From Rhynchobatus australiae (Eukaryota), in assembly GCA_034780895.1 (NCBI GenBank), contig JAUZTB010000098.1:89426175-89490174 (forward strand): 64,000 nt of DNA, read 5' to 3'. The notes beneath the pieces are model-generated. The model saw only the letters and a list, made by a program, of their open reading frames with translations, did no database searches and was not told where the DNA came from. This document shows, in pieces, positions 52,750-64,000 of this stretch (the stretch's first letter is position 1; each line of letters starts with the position of its first letter). The position numbers were made by a program, and so were the translations under genes.

Positions 52750-52779
52750 CTGAAACAAAGATAACAGATAACATCAGTA
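52750..52779 (-). promoter_or_regulatory. 3' splice site, pyrimidine tract and putative branch point of the GMDS exon
   Basis: Minus strand reads TACTGATgttatctgttatctttgtttCAG; TACTGAT fits YNYTRAY with the branch A about 25 nt upstream of the exon. Confidence 0.75.
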
Positions 52780-54042
52780 TGGTTATTCCGGCTGTTTAAC
52801 TGTACGAAAATAGAAACAAAAATGAATTTAACATTTTAAGAATTACGAGGTTTTTATAGCATTATTGGATCATCTGTCAGTTAAGTAAACCCAGAAGCTT
52901 CAAACCAAACAGCCAAGAGCTCCATTTACACAGCAAACAACTTTCTAAAGCCTGTTTATAAACTACTTAATAGTTTTAATTTATTATTCGGATCTTCAAT
53001 TCAGAAGCCATCAAATACTCCAGGCTACCATTATTTTTTTATTTTAAAGTTTGAAGAGGAACCATTTGAAACATTACAGTCTTTAACTTTTCTAGAAATA
53101 TCTCACATCAAACTAGTCTAAAAATAAAAAATTTGTTTGAGATGAGCCAGCATGACTAATAACACCAATGATCAGAACTAAATGGGTAAAAGGTTAGTGG
53201 GATGAAATATATGTAATGATGAAATATATAATATAAAATTTACATGATAAAAGATATTTTCAAAAAGTACAACGATTATTTCAATGTGGTAAACTCTAAC
53301 CCAGTAATATAAAGTAACAGTACAAGTGAATTAACAATAATTTCTGGAAGAAGTAAGCATCAAATCACATTTACTCATTCTTCATGTACAGTTCCCCATC
53401 ACTTACATTGGCTATGTTCATTTTAGCACAGTCTGCCTGCTAAGCCAAAAAACATGCCAATGAACAGCTGTTTATGCCATCTCTTAAGTTAACAACAGTA
53501 GAGTTAGACAGATCAGGGTGCTGTTCTGAGTCTCAATGCCACAACTTCAGCAGGTCATCGATTCTGTTTAAATTAATTTTCCTGCTGCAGCTCATTCTTT
53601 TTTTCCAATTTCCAGCCATACATGGTGTTGTGCAAACTGTAATAAAACACTAAAAGCAGAATTTTAAGTAGCCAAGGTAACTACACTTCAACACAGTGCA
53701 AGCAGCTGATTGAATAGCGGACTTGCCCAAATTAAATGGAGCTTAATACAATATAGTGACATTAGTTAAACTTTTTATTTCCTTCAGATATCAAATGACA
53801 TTAAATTACTCACTGGATTCCTACTAATAAACTGAATTTTATGCCATAAGATTTCTGCACTGTAAAAATGTGAAAGTAACAAATGCACTTCCCTTGAAAT
53901 AAAATAAGTGTAACTTTGGATTTAACTGGAACCTGAATTGGAATAAATGAATATTTAAAATAGGGTCCATCAGCAGAAGGAAAGTTAACTTTTTTTCCTG
54001 AACCCAATTTGAACTCTGTCTCGGTGATTGCATTTTTCTCCA

Positions 54043-54057
54043 GCCGCCATCTGCTGT
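54043..54057 (-). promoter_or_regulatory. CTCF-like motif (overlapping a YY1-like GCCGCCAT on the plus strand)
   Basis: Minus strand ACAGCAGATGGCGGC versus CTCF core CCAGCAGRKGGCRS; retains a CpG in non-repeat sequence. Motif match only. Confidence 0.4.
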
Positions 54058-57000
54058 TAAACTGGGTGATCTTCAACACTCCCGCAGAGAATTGCCTCAG
54101 CTGTGGCTCTGAACAGCCGGGAAGCAGAAAGGATGGACACTGAGAATGTCATGGCTGACTGAACAGACTAGTGAGATCAGAGAGATTAAACCTAATTTGC
54201 TTACTAAGGACTGCCAAAATCAACACTATTTAACAGCAGGTACTCAAAACTTATAGGTAAATTTTCTGAAAAGTATTAATTTCTCAGAAAAAATACTTGG
54301 CTTTGTAAATTTTTGGTATTTTATTTTCCTTTTTCTTAAATTTATAATAATTATATAAAAGTTATTTGCTGAAGTACCGTTAAAATCAAGATAGGGTTTC
54401 TTTTTCAAAGACTGGCAATTAGCCATACTACAATTGAGTTTGGAAAAAAATACTGGCAGGCAGGCATTTTACAACATAAATGTGTCCTTTGTGCAATTTT
54501 ATTATAAACTCAAAAAACCATCCAAAGGCTTTTGATCTAAGACCCAGTTTGACAGCAAATGTATGCAAGACAGATGATACTACAGCAAGCCAAGTGGATT
54601 TCCTACTGCTTAAACATCTTATTTTGCCTTAATGACACAATTTTGCTGTAGATGAGCTCTCCAATTCAAAATGTGGCAAATACTAACAATAAAGGATCTG
54701 CAAGCATGTCTTGTAAAGTTTCCACCCTCTCAGCTCCTATAATTGGCAAGTCAAAGAACCAAAAGCAATGTGGTATATTCTACTGTGCTTTATTATTCAC
54801 TCTGAATTAACCTAACAGGGCATCTTAGTTCTGCAGTCACAATTTGACATTGAACAGATTTCCCACAAAGAAAGAAGGAAAATCCAGCAATGTCATTGAC
54901 AAAATGAATTTCTGCAAACATCTAAATATATTTTTAAATTAAGACCCATCTGCTCTCACGATTCACCAATGAAGTGAACAAACAAAAGGAACAATCAGTG
55001 CAATTTCTTTACAATTGCACATTAATTTAATATTCAATTAAAATTTGCATTTAACTTCTAATTTAAGACTGTCACTTAGAAGTCCTGTGAGCAATTCCCA
55101 GAATACTGGTAAAATCTAGGAATTATATCAACAAAATAAGGTTTAGATTATTCAGTCACTGTAAATCAATGCCCTACTTTGGAAAGAGTATTTGCTTCTA
55201 TATCGTGCATACATGGTCATTGATTTACATTTTCACCAAAAATGGATATATCTGCAAGTCTGAGGAAGATTTAAACACTGGAAACAGAAGCACAACAAAA
55301 GATCAGGGAATTAGTATTAGGAGGGTCAAAGGGCACTTTTGATCGAAATTCAAATGCATAGGACTTCTAAGATGTTTTGAAATCATTCACTAATTTCGGT
55401 TTATAAGCACGGCACTTCAATTGCCATATTTAAGAACATTCATTCTTGTTAGAGTAAGAATATTACAAATAATATTCATTATCATAATTATTGGAACATC
55501 CCACCTTGCACTATTCTATCTATTCTTTGAAAACCACTAAAAGGCCTCNNNNNNNNNNNNNNNNNNNNNTTAAATGGTTACCACTTATCAACTACTGCCT
55601 CTCATTTCCAAACTGCTATCAGCCTCTCCTCAAAATCCTACCCTTGTTAACCTCTGTTAACCACCACCCAACCTCTGACTTCCTTTTCGTTTCCAATATG
55701 GTTGTATATGCTATCATCTCTTAATAGTGCCTGCTTTCCCTGAACAGTCACTAATATCCTGTCAATCAGATTTCTAGTACTCCAACAGTACCAAGGCTTC
55801 CAAAATAAATGGAAATGCAAATTAACATCTTTTCTGATTTGATTATTGCTTATAACTATGTAGAGAAAAACTAGCCATTTATATGCAGTGAATGTACTGT
55901 GAGAAGCAGTTCAACTTTTTGGTAAGGGTCAGTAGAAATGCTGGTCCCTGCTGTTAATTATGGCTAACTTGACATCACCACCCAAATCTGATATTGTTAA
56001 TGCATTGTAGGAGAGGGCAAGCTCACCACACATGAATCTGTCAATTATGAGCAAGTTCCAGTTTTCAGATTCTGGGAGAGAAGTCTGAGTACTACCACCT
56101 CACTGAGTCTTTGGGGAGTTTGCACTGCTCGTGAATCTGTGTGCATCTATTCAGCTTTATGTTCTTGGCTGAAGGAAAAACAGATGAAGTCCTTTTTCTT
56201 TGTGTTGAGAGCATCACTAACTTCTTCAATATTGTGCTAGAGCAGAAAACTGATATTTAGCATGGATCACCTGCTACCTGGAAGGATTCAGTAGACAGTA
56301 AGTTCAGCTGACAATGATTTTGACATCAATGAACAGAGCATGGGTACGTAGTTGGACCTCTGCCTGCAGATAGTCGCAGGTCAATATCACCACCGGCTTT
56401 GAAAACCTTAGCCTCCAAGGATATTCTTTGGAGTAGTTGAGATAGGAGCACAGGACTCTGAACACACTTAGGAATGTGATTAGTGGATCTGAGCACTTGC
56501 TGCCTTCAATCTCAAAGTCCATGGATATATCTGTGTTGTGTCTGATCACTACTCTGTAGGTCCACTTCATGCAGCACACCAAGATGGACAACTGCCACAG
56601 AGTACCCATGTTAAAATAATGGAGTGCAATGCCAGAATGATTCTGAATGAACAACAATTTATGTGAAAAAGGCAACTTAAATTGTCCTGTAAACATTACA
56701 CAAGCCTACCTCACCACTCCTTGCACATTCAATATGACAAACTTGTGTCCTTCTGAATTTTCAGTGCTGTCCATTTCTTATTGGTTGTGAACAACAAACT
56801 AATGCTGTTACTTCTTGAATAATTGTGTCAAGGGACTGTTCTCTGGACTGCAAATGTCTGCAGAAAGTTCTGTACAGGCAGTCTGTAAGCAGCCTTTGAA
56901 TAAAGAGGATGCACTGTATTTTGCAGTCCTTGAGCTTCATGTGTACATGACTGCACACTCTGCAAATGGACTTTATTCAATGTTGAGAATCTATAGAGAC

Positions 57001-58254
57001 CACAAACCTCGCACTGGTGACAAGGGCAGAATAGCAAAGGACCACTGTAGTCACAAGTCACAAGGTGATTTTGCATTGGCAGGGTGAGTGTGAGAACATT
57101 TATCACTTGAGGGGAGTTGAGGTATGAACCCAAGCACAAGGAGGAAAGGTACTTTATGCAGAATTGATTGTAAGATCAGCTACATAAGCATTGGAGCAGT
57201 AAATAATCCAAAATAATGGACCAGTCCCAAACTGAAAGATACTGACAAAACATGGGGACTTTTCATTTCAGGTGTCTAAAGGATGAAGAGGATTTTCTGG
57301 ACAATAAGCTTATTGAAATAGAGGGTGAAGTGGAAAATACTTGTATTGAAACTATACACAAATGCAAGAAGGCAATTTCATATTGAGAAATTCAATGTCC
57401 CATTTAGTGATAATAATAGAGATGTTTCAAAACCATTTCATTCCAGTGCCATCAGAAGTGAAAGTAATAATTTCAGAATTCATAAGCAGGGATGAGGGGA
57501 GATAATTAGCAACCACATGGTTGATCAGAGAAACCTGCCATTGCATAATAACATTGGTGGGTTTTTAGATCATATGCTGAGAGATAGTTTGGCATTGGAG
57601 TTATGGCTGACCATATCCAAGTTATTAAGTATTCAAACTCTAACATTCAAACAGGCATGCAGGATACCTATGGACTTTAAAAATGCAAATGAATTTAATC
57701 CAGGGAAGCATACCTGTGAAAACACTGAATGCAAACTCATGGCATGAGAAAAGATGGGACCTCCAACTCAGTCTAAGTCGCAGGAGCACAAATGGTGCGT
57801 CCAGAAACTAAGGTTGGATATCCTGCTACCTTTGCCACAGGAACTCTCAGCTCAAGCTTGTCATTTCAGAGTTGCTTTAGTTGTTGCAGGCAAAGGCACA
57901 CCAGCTCTGTGTGCAAGATTGGGCAGAACACAGTAAACCAAAGTTGTGAGTCAAGCAAAATCCCAAAGGAAGGGAAACAATTACAGTAGAAAACCACAAA
58001 AATATTGTTATATTACATTGAAATGAATGAGCAATTTCAATGTCATATAAAAATATGGGCTGAAAAATATATATGGCATTGATGATGCAAAAAAACTTTC
58101 AAAATTAAAGGAAGGGTCAATATTCAAGCTATTGATATGGATATATTCATGGCTGTAGATTGTTCCATAGTGGGAAGGGTCAAATATAATCAGAAGTTTA
58201 GCCATTAGTGAGAATCTCTGTAAGTTTAAGAATATATTCTTGAATTGATTTATT

Positions 58255-59148
58255 ACTGAATTGTTTTATTATTGTCACTTGTACTGACGTACAGTGAAAA
58301 ACTTGCCTTGCATACCATTCATACAGATCAATTCATTACACAGTGCATTGAGGTAGCACAAGATAAAACAATACAGAATGCAGAGTAAAGAGTCACAATT
58401 ACAAAGAAAGTGCAGTGCAGATAGACAATGAGGTGCAAGGTCATAATGAGGTAGATTGTGAAGTCAAGCGTCCATCTTATCGTAGTAGACAACCATTCAA
58501 TAGTCTCATAACAGCAGGATAGAAGCTATCCTTGAGCCTGGTGGTACATGCGTTCAGGCTTTTGTCTCTTCTGCCTGATGGGATAGGGGAGAAGAGAGAA
58601 TGTCCCAGGTGGGTGGGATCTTTGATTATGCTGGCTGCTTCAGCAAGGCAGCGAGAAGTATAGACAGAGTCCATGGAGGGGAGGCTGGTTTCCATGATGT
58701 GTTAAGCTGTGTCTACAAGGCTCTGCATTTTCTTGTGGTCCCAGGCAGAGCAGTTGCCATACCAAGCCATGATGCATCCAAATATGATGCTTTCTATGAT
58801 GCATTGATAAAAGTTGGTGAGTGTCAAAGGGGATATGGCAAATTTCTTTAGCTTCCTGAGGAAGTAGAGGCACTGGTGAGCTTTCTTGGCTGTGGCATCT
58901 ATGTGGTTAGACAAGGACAGACTATTGGTGATGTTCAACCCTAGCAAGTTGAAGCTCTCAACCCTCTCAACCTCAGCATCATTGATGTAGACAGGTGCAC
59001 GTGTACCGCCCCCCTTCCTGAAGTCAATGACCAGTTCTTTTGTTTTGCTGACATTGAGGGAAAGGTTGTTGTCATGACACCACGTCACTAAGCTCCCTAT
59101 CTCTTTCCTATACTCCGACTCCTCATTATCTGAGATATGGCCCACTTT
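58255..59148 (-). mobile_element. Rex1/Babar LINE, 5'-truncated (~0.9 kb)
   Basis: ORF 58702-59232: WCHDNNLSLNVSKTKELVIDFRK...KKAHQCLYFLRKLKK...FYQCIIESI; frameshifted ORF 58477-58695 ASIIKDPTHLGHSLFSPIPSGRR; 3' UTR ends gtgacaataataaaac. Confidence 0.95.
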
Positions 59149-59999
59149 GTCTGCAGGTTCTAACTTCCAGGTTTGCAACTCGAGTGCTGATTGGGTGGAT
59201 TTACATGGGATGGGATAGATGGGTTTCCACACAGCAGCTTCCAGTGAGGGTGTGGGAGCTGGGCCAGTGCAGCACAGGTCCTAGGCTGCAGTACTGGAGG
59301 TCCTTCTGGAGGAGGCCTAGAAGAGGAATGATGTTGTGTGTCCCCCAAAGCCTGCCAACTTACCCTTCCTTACCTCCTGCCCCTCTCTGATGCAGCAACT
59401 GCTGTTGTCTCCCTAGCCTTGTTGTCCTCTTCCCATTCTTTGTCCTGACCAAGGTGTTCATGACTGGGTGCCCCCTGGTGACTCCAATAAGGATTCCAAT
59501 CATGAGACCCGTTTTAGATGACTTTACTTCAAAAAGACCCATTGTGCTTCACTGCCCTCTATACAGCTCCAGTATTATGGATGTGAAGGGTGAGTATCCC
59601 TTTAAGTGTGAACATCCCTTTAAGTAGCAATGACATTATCATCAACTTGTGTTTATTCCCAAGCAGCTGGTTGTCATTGGGAGGGAGCATCAACTGAAGG
59701 ACTGGCCATTAAAATGCCATGCAGAGTTTTTAATGAGTGATGGCTGGTATTTTATGCAGCAATCAGTTATTTAACAAGCTTCCAGGCAACCAAACTCTAG
59801 AAATGGTTTCATTTTTTCTGAAGAAGCTGCTGTAGGAAGCCTAAGCTAATGCTTCAGTTCAAGGTCCCATCTGGGCCACCACTTTACAGCCTAATGTGTT
59901 CACCCCCTCCTACCCTGACAAATGTTCCTTTTCTAATATCATGCTGATGTTGTGTACAAATGTTCAACTTATGTCTGCTTTTTGCCAGTTGGAGAACTA

Positions 60000-60245
60000 G
60001 TACGGAAATCTGAAAAATGAAATAAGAACAGAAAGTGCTAGAAACACTCTGCTGGTCGGGCAGCATGCTGAGGGAAATCAGCGGGTGATGCTGAGCGGCC
60101 ACCTTAACTCTTCCAGCAGGTTGTTTGTTGCTCTAGATTCCAGCATCTGCAGTCCCTTGTGTCTTGAATATTTCAGATCTGTTTCTCTTTCCACAGATGC
60201 TGCCTGACCTGCTGAGTGTTTCCAGCATTTTCTGTGTTTTTTTTA
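60000..60245. mobile_element. Penelope-derived short repeats: inverted pair with a third copy nested
   Basis: acagaaagtgctagaaacactctgctggtcgggcagcat ... agattccagcatctgcagtc ... ccacagatgctgcctgacctgctgagtgtttccagcattttctgt. Confidence 0.8.
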
Positions 60246-60259
60246 TCCCAGAGTAATGG

Positions 60260-60307
60260 AAACATAGAAACATAGAACACTACAGCACAGTACAGACCCT
60301 TCAGCCT
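60260..60307 (-). mobile_element. HER_LINE/CR1 3' terminus running into a gap
   Basis: aacatagaaacatagaacactacagcacagtacagacccttcagcc. Confidence 0.85.
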
Positions 60308-60407
60308 NNNNNNNNNNNNNNNNNNNNNNNNNNNNNNNNNNNNNNNNNNNNNNNNNNNNNNNNNNNNNNNNNNNNNNNNNNNNNNNNNNNNNNNNNNNNN
60401 NNNNNNN

Positions 60408-60477
60408 ACTCTCGCTCTCCCTGAGCAGTGATCTATTGTACGTAAAATCTTCTGAATTGCTCAGGGAGAGCGAGAGT
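60408..60477. repeat. Perfect 20-bp inverted repeat with 30-nt spacer
   Basis: ACTCTCGCTCTCCCTGAGCA (60408-60427) and TGCTCAGGGAGAGCGAGAGT (60458-60477). Confidence 0.95.
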
Positions 60478-60863
60478 TCACTCATACAAATGGAGACGGA
60501 TTTTGAACTATTCCAAAAAACAAAAATCCCTGAATTGCTCATTTGTAAACCTTCCACATTTATAATAATTTGTTTTTACTCATCACGTTTCTCCTCCTTG
60601 GCACTTTTCAGGTAAACCTGAGAACAGAGAAGTCTTCACCCAAAATGGAATCATCGTTATGGATGTAAATAATCTCACTAAGGAGTTAAGAATCCTGACC
60701 ACTCAGTTACAGAGTACCTTGGTCACAGAAAATGGTAAGACTTATTTATAGGTTGTTTATTTACTTTTTTTGTTATAAGTGGAGGGATAGCCTAATAAGG
60801 AAGACAATAGTCCAAAAAATGACCAATGAGTAAATTAATTAAATAATAGTAAATTAAACCAAT

Positions 60864-61010
60864 GAGTCTGATGAAAGCTGATTAAACCGAAATGTTAACA
60901 CTGTTTCCCTCTCTGCAGATGCTTCTGACTTGCTTATTATTATCATTATTATTTTCTGTTTTCTCATACATTTTCTTTTCAGATTTCCAGCACTTAACAA
61001 TCTTCAGCTT
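60864..61010 (+). mobile_element. Penelope-derived short repeat with hammerhead core boxes
   Basis: gagtCTGATGAaagctgattaaaccGAAAtgttaac...ctgcagatgcttctgacttgct...ttcagatttccagca. Confidence 0.7.
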
Positions 61011-61109
61011 TTCGTAGTAAAGGACACTGGAAATCTGAGAGTTCAGCAGTTCTGATACAGAAGGCAAAATATTTTATGCTGGACCTCTGAAATACAGTCA
61101 GAAAGTAAT

Positions 61110-61495
61110 GGAAATACTCAGTGTGCCATACGCTTCCTTGATCATCTTGTCTACCTGTGTTGCCACTTTAAGGGAACTAAATACTTGTACCCCTAGGTCA
61201 CATTGTTGTACAACACTGCCTAGGGCCCTGCTATTCACAGTGTATGTCCTGGCCTTGCATTTCCAAAATGCAACACTTTGCACTTGTCTGAGTTAAATTT
61301 CACTTTCTCAGCCAAATCATTTATATGACAGGGGATCTAACACATCATTGGTCACAGGCCTCCAATCTGAGAAACAACCCTCCCCTACCACCCTGTGCTC
61401 CTTCCATGAAGCCAGTTTTATATCCAGTTGGCTAACTCTCCTTAGACCTTCCGGACCAGCCTACCATGTGGGACCTTGTCATAGGGCTTGCTAAA
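61110..61495 (-). mobile_element. CR1 LINE RT fragments (internally deleted)
   Basis: ORF 61098-61283: YTVNSRALGSVVQQCDLGVQVFSSLKVATQVDKMIKEAYGTL; antisense FSKPYDKVPHGRL near 61455-61495. Confidence 0.85.
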
Positions 61496-63497
61496 GAATT
61501 ATAGAATCTTACATTTGACCGTTGCATTTGTGCCAACTCGTGGTAGGAACTAACATCAGGATTTGTTCTGTGCTAGAGAGAGTTATATTTTGTTTGGGGT
61601 ATTCAGCTTGAGATCACTAAAGTGCATTGATGTAGTAATTTAAGTTAGAATTATCGCAGGCACTAAGAACAGCTTGTTCTACATGCTAGTATTTCGATGT
61701 GTTTGAGGATAATGTAACATGATACATAAATCTGAACACAGACAATACTTTTGTGTTTTTAAAGCTATTCAGGCTGAAGATCATCACTCTACAGAGACAC
61801 AATTGGGATCGTTCTTTGGGAAAAGCACAGCAAGTCAAAATTCAGAAATGGATCCAAGCTTGTTCTGAGTTGTATTTAAGATTGGTATGCCAAAACTTCA
61901 GTTGGGTGGGTGGACATGTGGTTGGGGTTGGGATAATCTTTTTAGTAACACCTTTTTTGGTTTTTTTTGGAAAACCAGGAAAAATATGCAGTCATCTTCA
62001 TTCAGTTGTCCTGTATCTTGTCCATGGTTGTTTATTTGTATTTCCTATCTTTTCAATGTCCATTGCCAGAAATAAGTTATTTTTCAGAATCTTTGCCTGA
62101 TTGAACAGTCTTAACAAAAATTTGCAAATACTTGTTCTGGTATTTTGGCTGCTTTGCAGAAAAATGGGCCAGTTCCAAGGTAAGAGGATCGCCTTTTTCA
62201 TTGTTTAGCTCCAGACTTCTCAATTTATTGGTCTCCCATATGGGCAATTGTAGTTGGAGGTTAGAAGCAAATGACAGGAGGTTCTTGGAGATACTCACAG
62301 AAATATTCCTCCATCTTCTCAGCAGAGAATTGGATAAGGTTTGTCTGTAAAGCATTTCCAATTTACCTGGCTACAATATCTAGATTTATTGATATTCAGC
62401 AGAATATAAATCCCCTGCTGATGAATAATCTAATGGGTAGTAATCTACTCAATTTCAAACTGTAAAACATTAGAAAAATGCTACAATTGTTAAAATATAC
62501 CATTTGGTAAAGTGCTATTTGTTTTGAGTTGGTGTTTACCATTGCTTTTTTAAAAGTTATTTATAAGTAATATATTTTTTCTTTAGTTATCCCTGCGTCA
62601 GGCACAGTTTTTTCCAACTAATAGGTGAACTCCATGAGTTCAGTCTCTTTCTTGTTTTTCTTCTCTCCCCCTTTTGTTAAAAATAATATAAAGATGATAT
62701 TAATTAAAAGTCACTTAACACAGAAACCTACTCCAGATTTCTCAAGTGATTGTTGGAAAGTCTTGACAATTATAGAAGTAGGAATCAATATTCCTATGGT
62801 GTTTGGTACAACTGTCAAAGATAGAGCTACCATATTCAATCAGCTTTTATTTTTTAATGCACCTGGATGTGCTTTTTTAACCTCCATTGGTTCACACTAA
62901 TATGACTGTCATCTAAATGGCTGAATGTATTATATTTTTATATTTATTTGTAAACATGTACATATTTAATGTGTCAAAATAAAAATTATTTGTATTTCAC
63001 AAACAGGAACATTTGTTAGTAAATTTTGTTTAAAAAAAATTCTGAACAATTAACCTTTAGAGTATTCTGCTTTGTGGCAGAGATTTCGCTATGTACAAAG
63101 TAATTCCATGATGGTCAGATGTGAGATCATTGGGAATTGTACTCTTCACAAATATATCACAAGAGCAATCCTCTGCACAACTGGACTACTGGAGTCCACT
63201 AGAGATGCCTTGGAGCTGCCAAACATATGCCAATTCTGTAGAAAATTGTATCATTTTTCACTTGCTCTCCAATCTCCCTCCATAACATTTTTAAGGTCAA
63301 TGGCATAGAGAAGTGTCACAGCAGCATAACAAAGTGTCAATCAGTGCAAAATATTTCCAAGATGAGGTTAGGTCCTCAAATAATGCATTTAAGTTTTGTT
63401 TTGGCTCAACAGATCTACACAACTTTAGTTATGGCAGTTTTAATTTGTCACTCAACAAAAAAAAGTTGGCAATTGCATGTCAGAAATAGCCATCCAA

Positions 63498-64000
63498 ATT
63501 GTTATTGGTTTATTATTGTCACTTGTACTGAGGTTCAGTGAAAAGCTTGCCTTGCATATTGTTCACACAGATCAATTCATTGCACAGTGCATTGGGGTAG
63601 TACAGGGTAAAAACAACAACTGAAGTGTCACAGCTACAGGGAACTGCAGTGCAGGTGCAATAGGTGCAAGGTCACAACAAGGTAGATTGTGAGGTCAAGA
63701 GCCCATCTCATTGTATAAGGGAACTGTTCAATAGTCTTATCACAGTGGGATAGATGCTGCCTTGAGCCTGATGTTATGTGCCCTCAGGCTCATGTATCTT
63801 CTGTCTGATGGGAGAGCAGAGAAGAGAGAATGACCCAGGTGGGTGGGTTCTTTGATTATGCTGGCTGCTTCACCAAGGCAGTAAGAGGTATAGACATGGA
63901 GGGGAGGCTGGTTTCTGTGATATGCTGAGCTGTGTCCACAACTCTGCAGTTTCTTGCAGTCCCAGGCAGAGCAGTTGCCAAAGCAAGCCATGATGCATCC
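63498..64000 (-). mobile_element. Rex1/Babar LINE 3' portion (continues beyond window)
   Basis: ORF 63740-63991 AASIIKEPTHLGHSLFSALPSDRRY; collinear with and similar to 58255-58780. Confidence 0.93.

Larger units (their letters stand above)
52750..64000 (-). other. GMDS: GMDS upstream intron (partial, >=11.2 kb)
   Basis: Ends at the AG acceptor (52751-52750); preceding exon (...FNHESPRRG) not seen in the window. Confidence 0.75.

Noticed and set aside
52217-52774. 185-aa ORF as a complete gene
   Set aside because: Only 52622-52749 is GMDS-like and it is bounded by canonical splice sites; the rest is intron read-through ending in a gap.
56304-58250. Several short ORFs and faint CR1-like words (e.g. 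catggggactttt)
   Set aside because: Probably very old LINE debris, too decayed to assign boundaries or family.

Overview
Eukaryotic, AT-rich, repeat-dense vertebrate genomic DNA from a gapped draft assembly (13 N-runs). The repeat complement (HER_LINE/CR1 3' ends, DeuSINE-like SINEs, Rex1/Babar, RTE, Penelope-like elements) points to a cartilaginous fish (shark/ray). The only host coding sequence I recognise is one 128-bp internal exon of GMDS (GDP-mannose 4,6-dehydratase) on the minus strand at 52622-52749, equivalent to human exon 7; everything else is GMDS intron (>=52.6 kb downstream, >=11.2 kb upstream). Main points worth checking: (1) short Penelope-derived elements carrying minimal hammerhead-ribozyme-like motifs, repeatedly in inverted arrangements; (2) Arg in place of a normally conserved Gly in the GMDS exon; (3) several repeat-free, homeodomain-motif-rich blocks that are candidate long-range enhancers (GMDS flanks FOXC1 in other jawed vertebrates); (4) a perfect 20-bp inverted repeat; (5) nested retrotransposon insertions. 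Repeat family calls come from recalled consensus motifs, not from a database search, and repeat boundaries are approximate (tens of bp).
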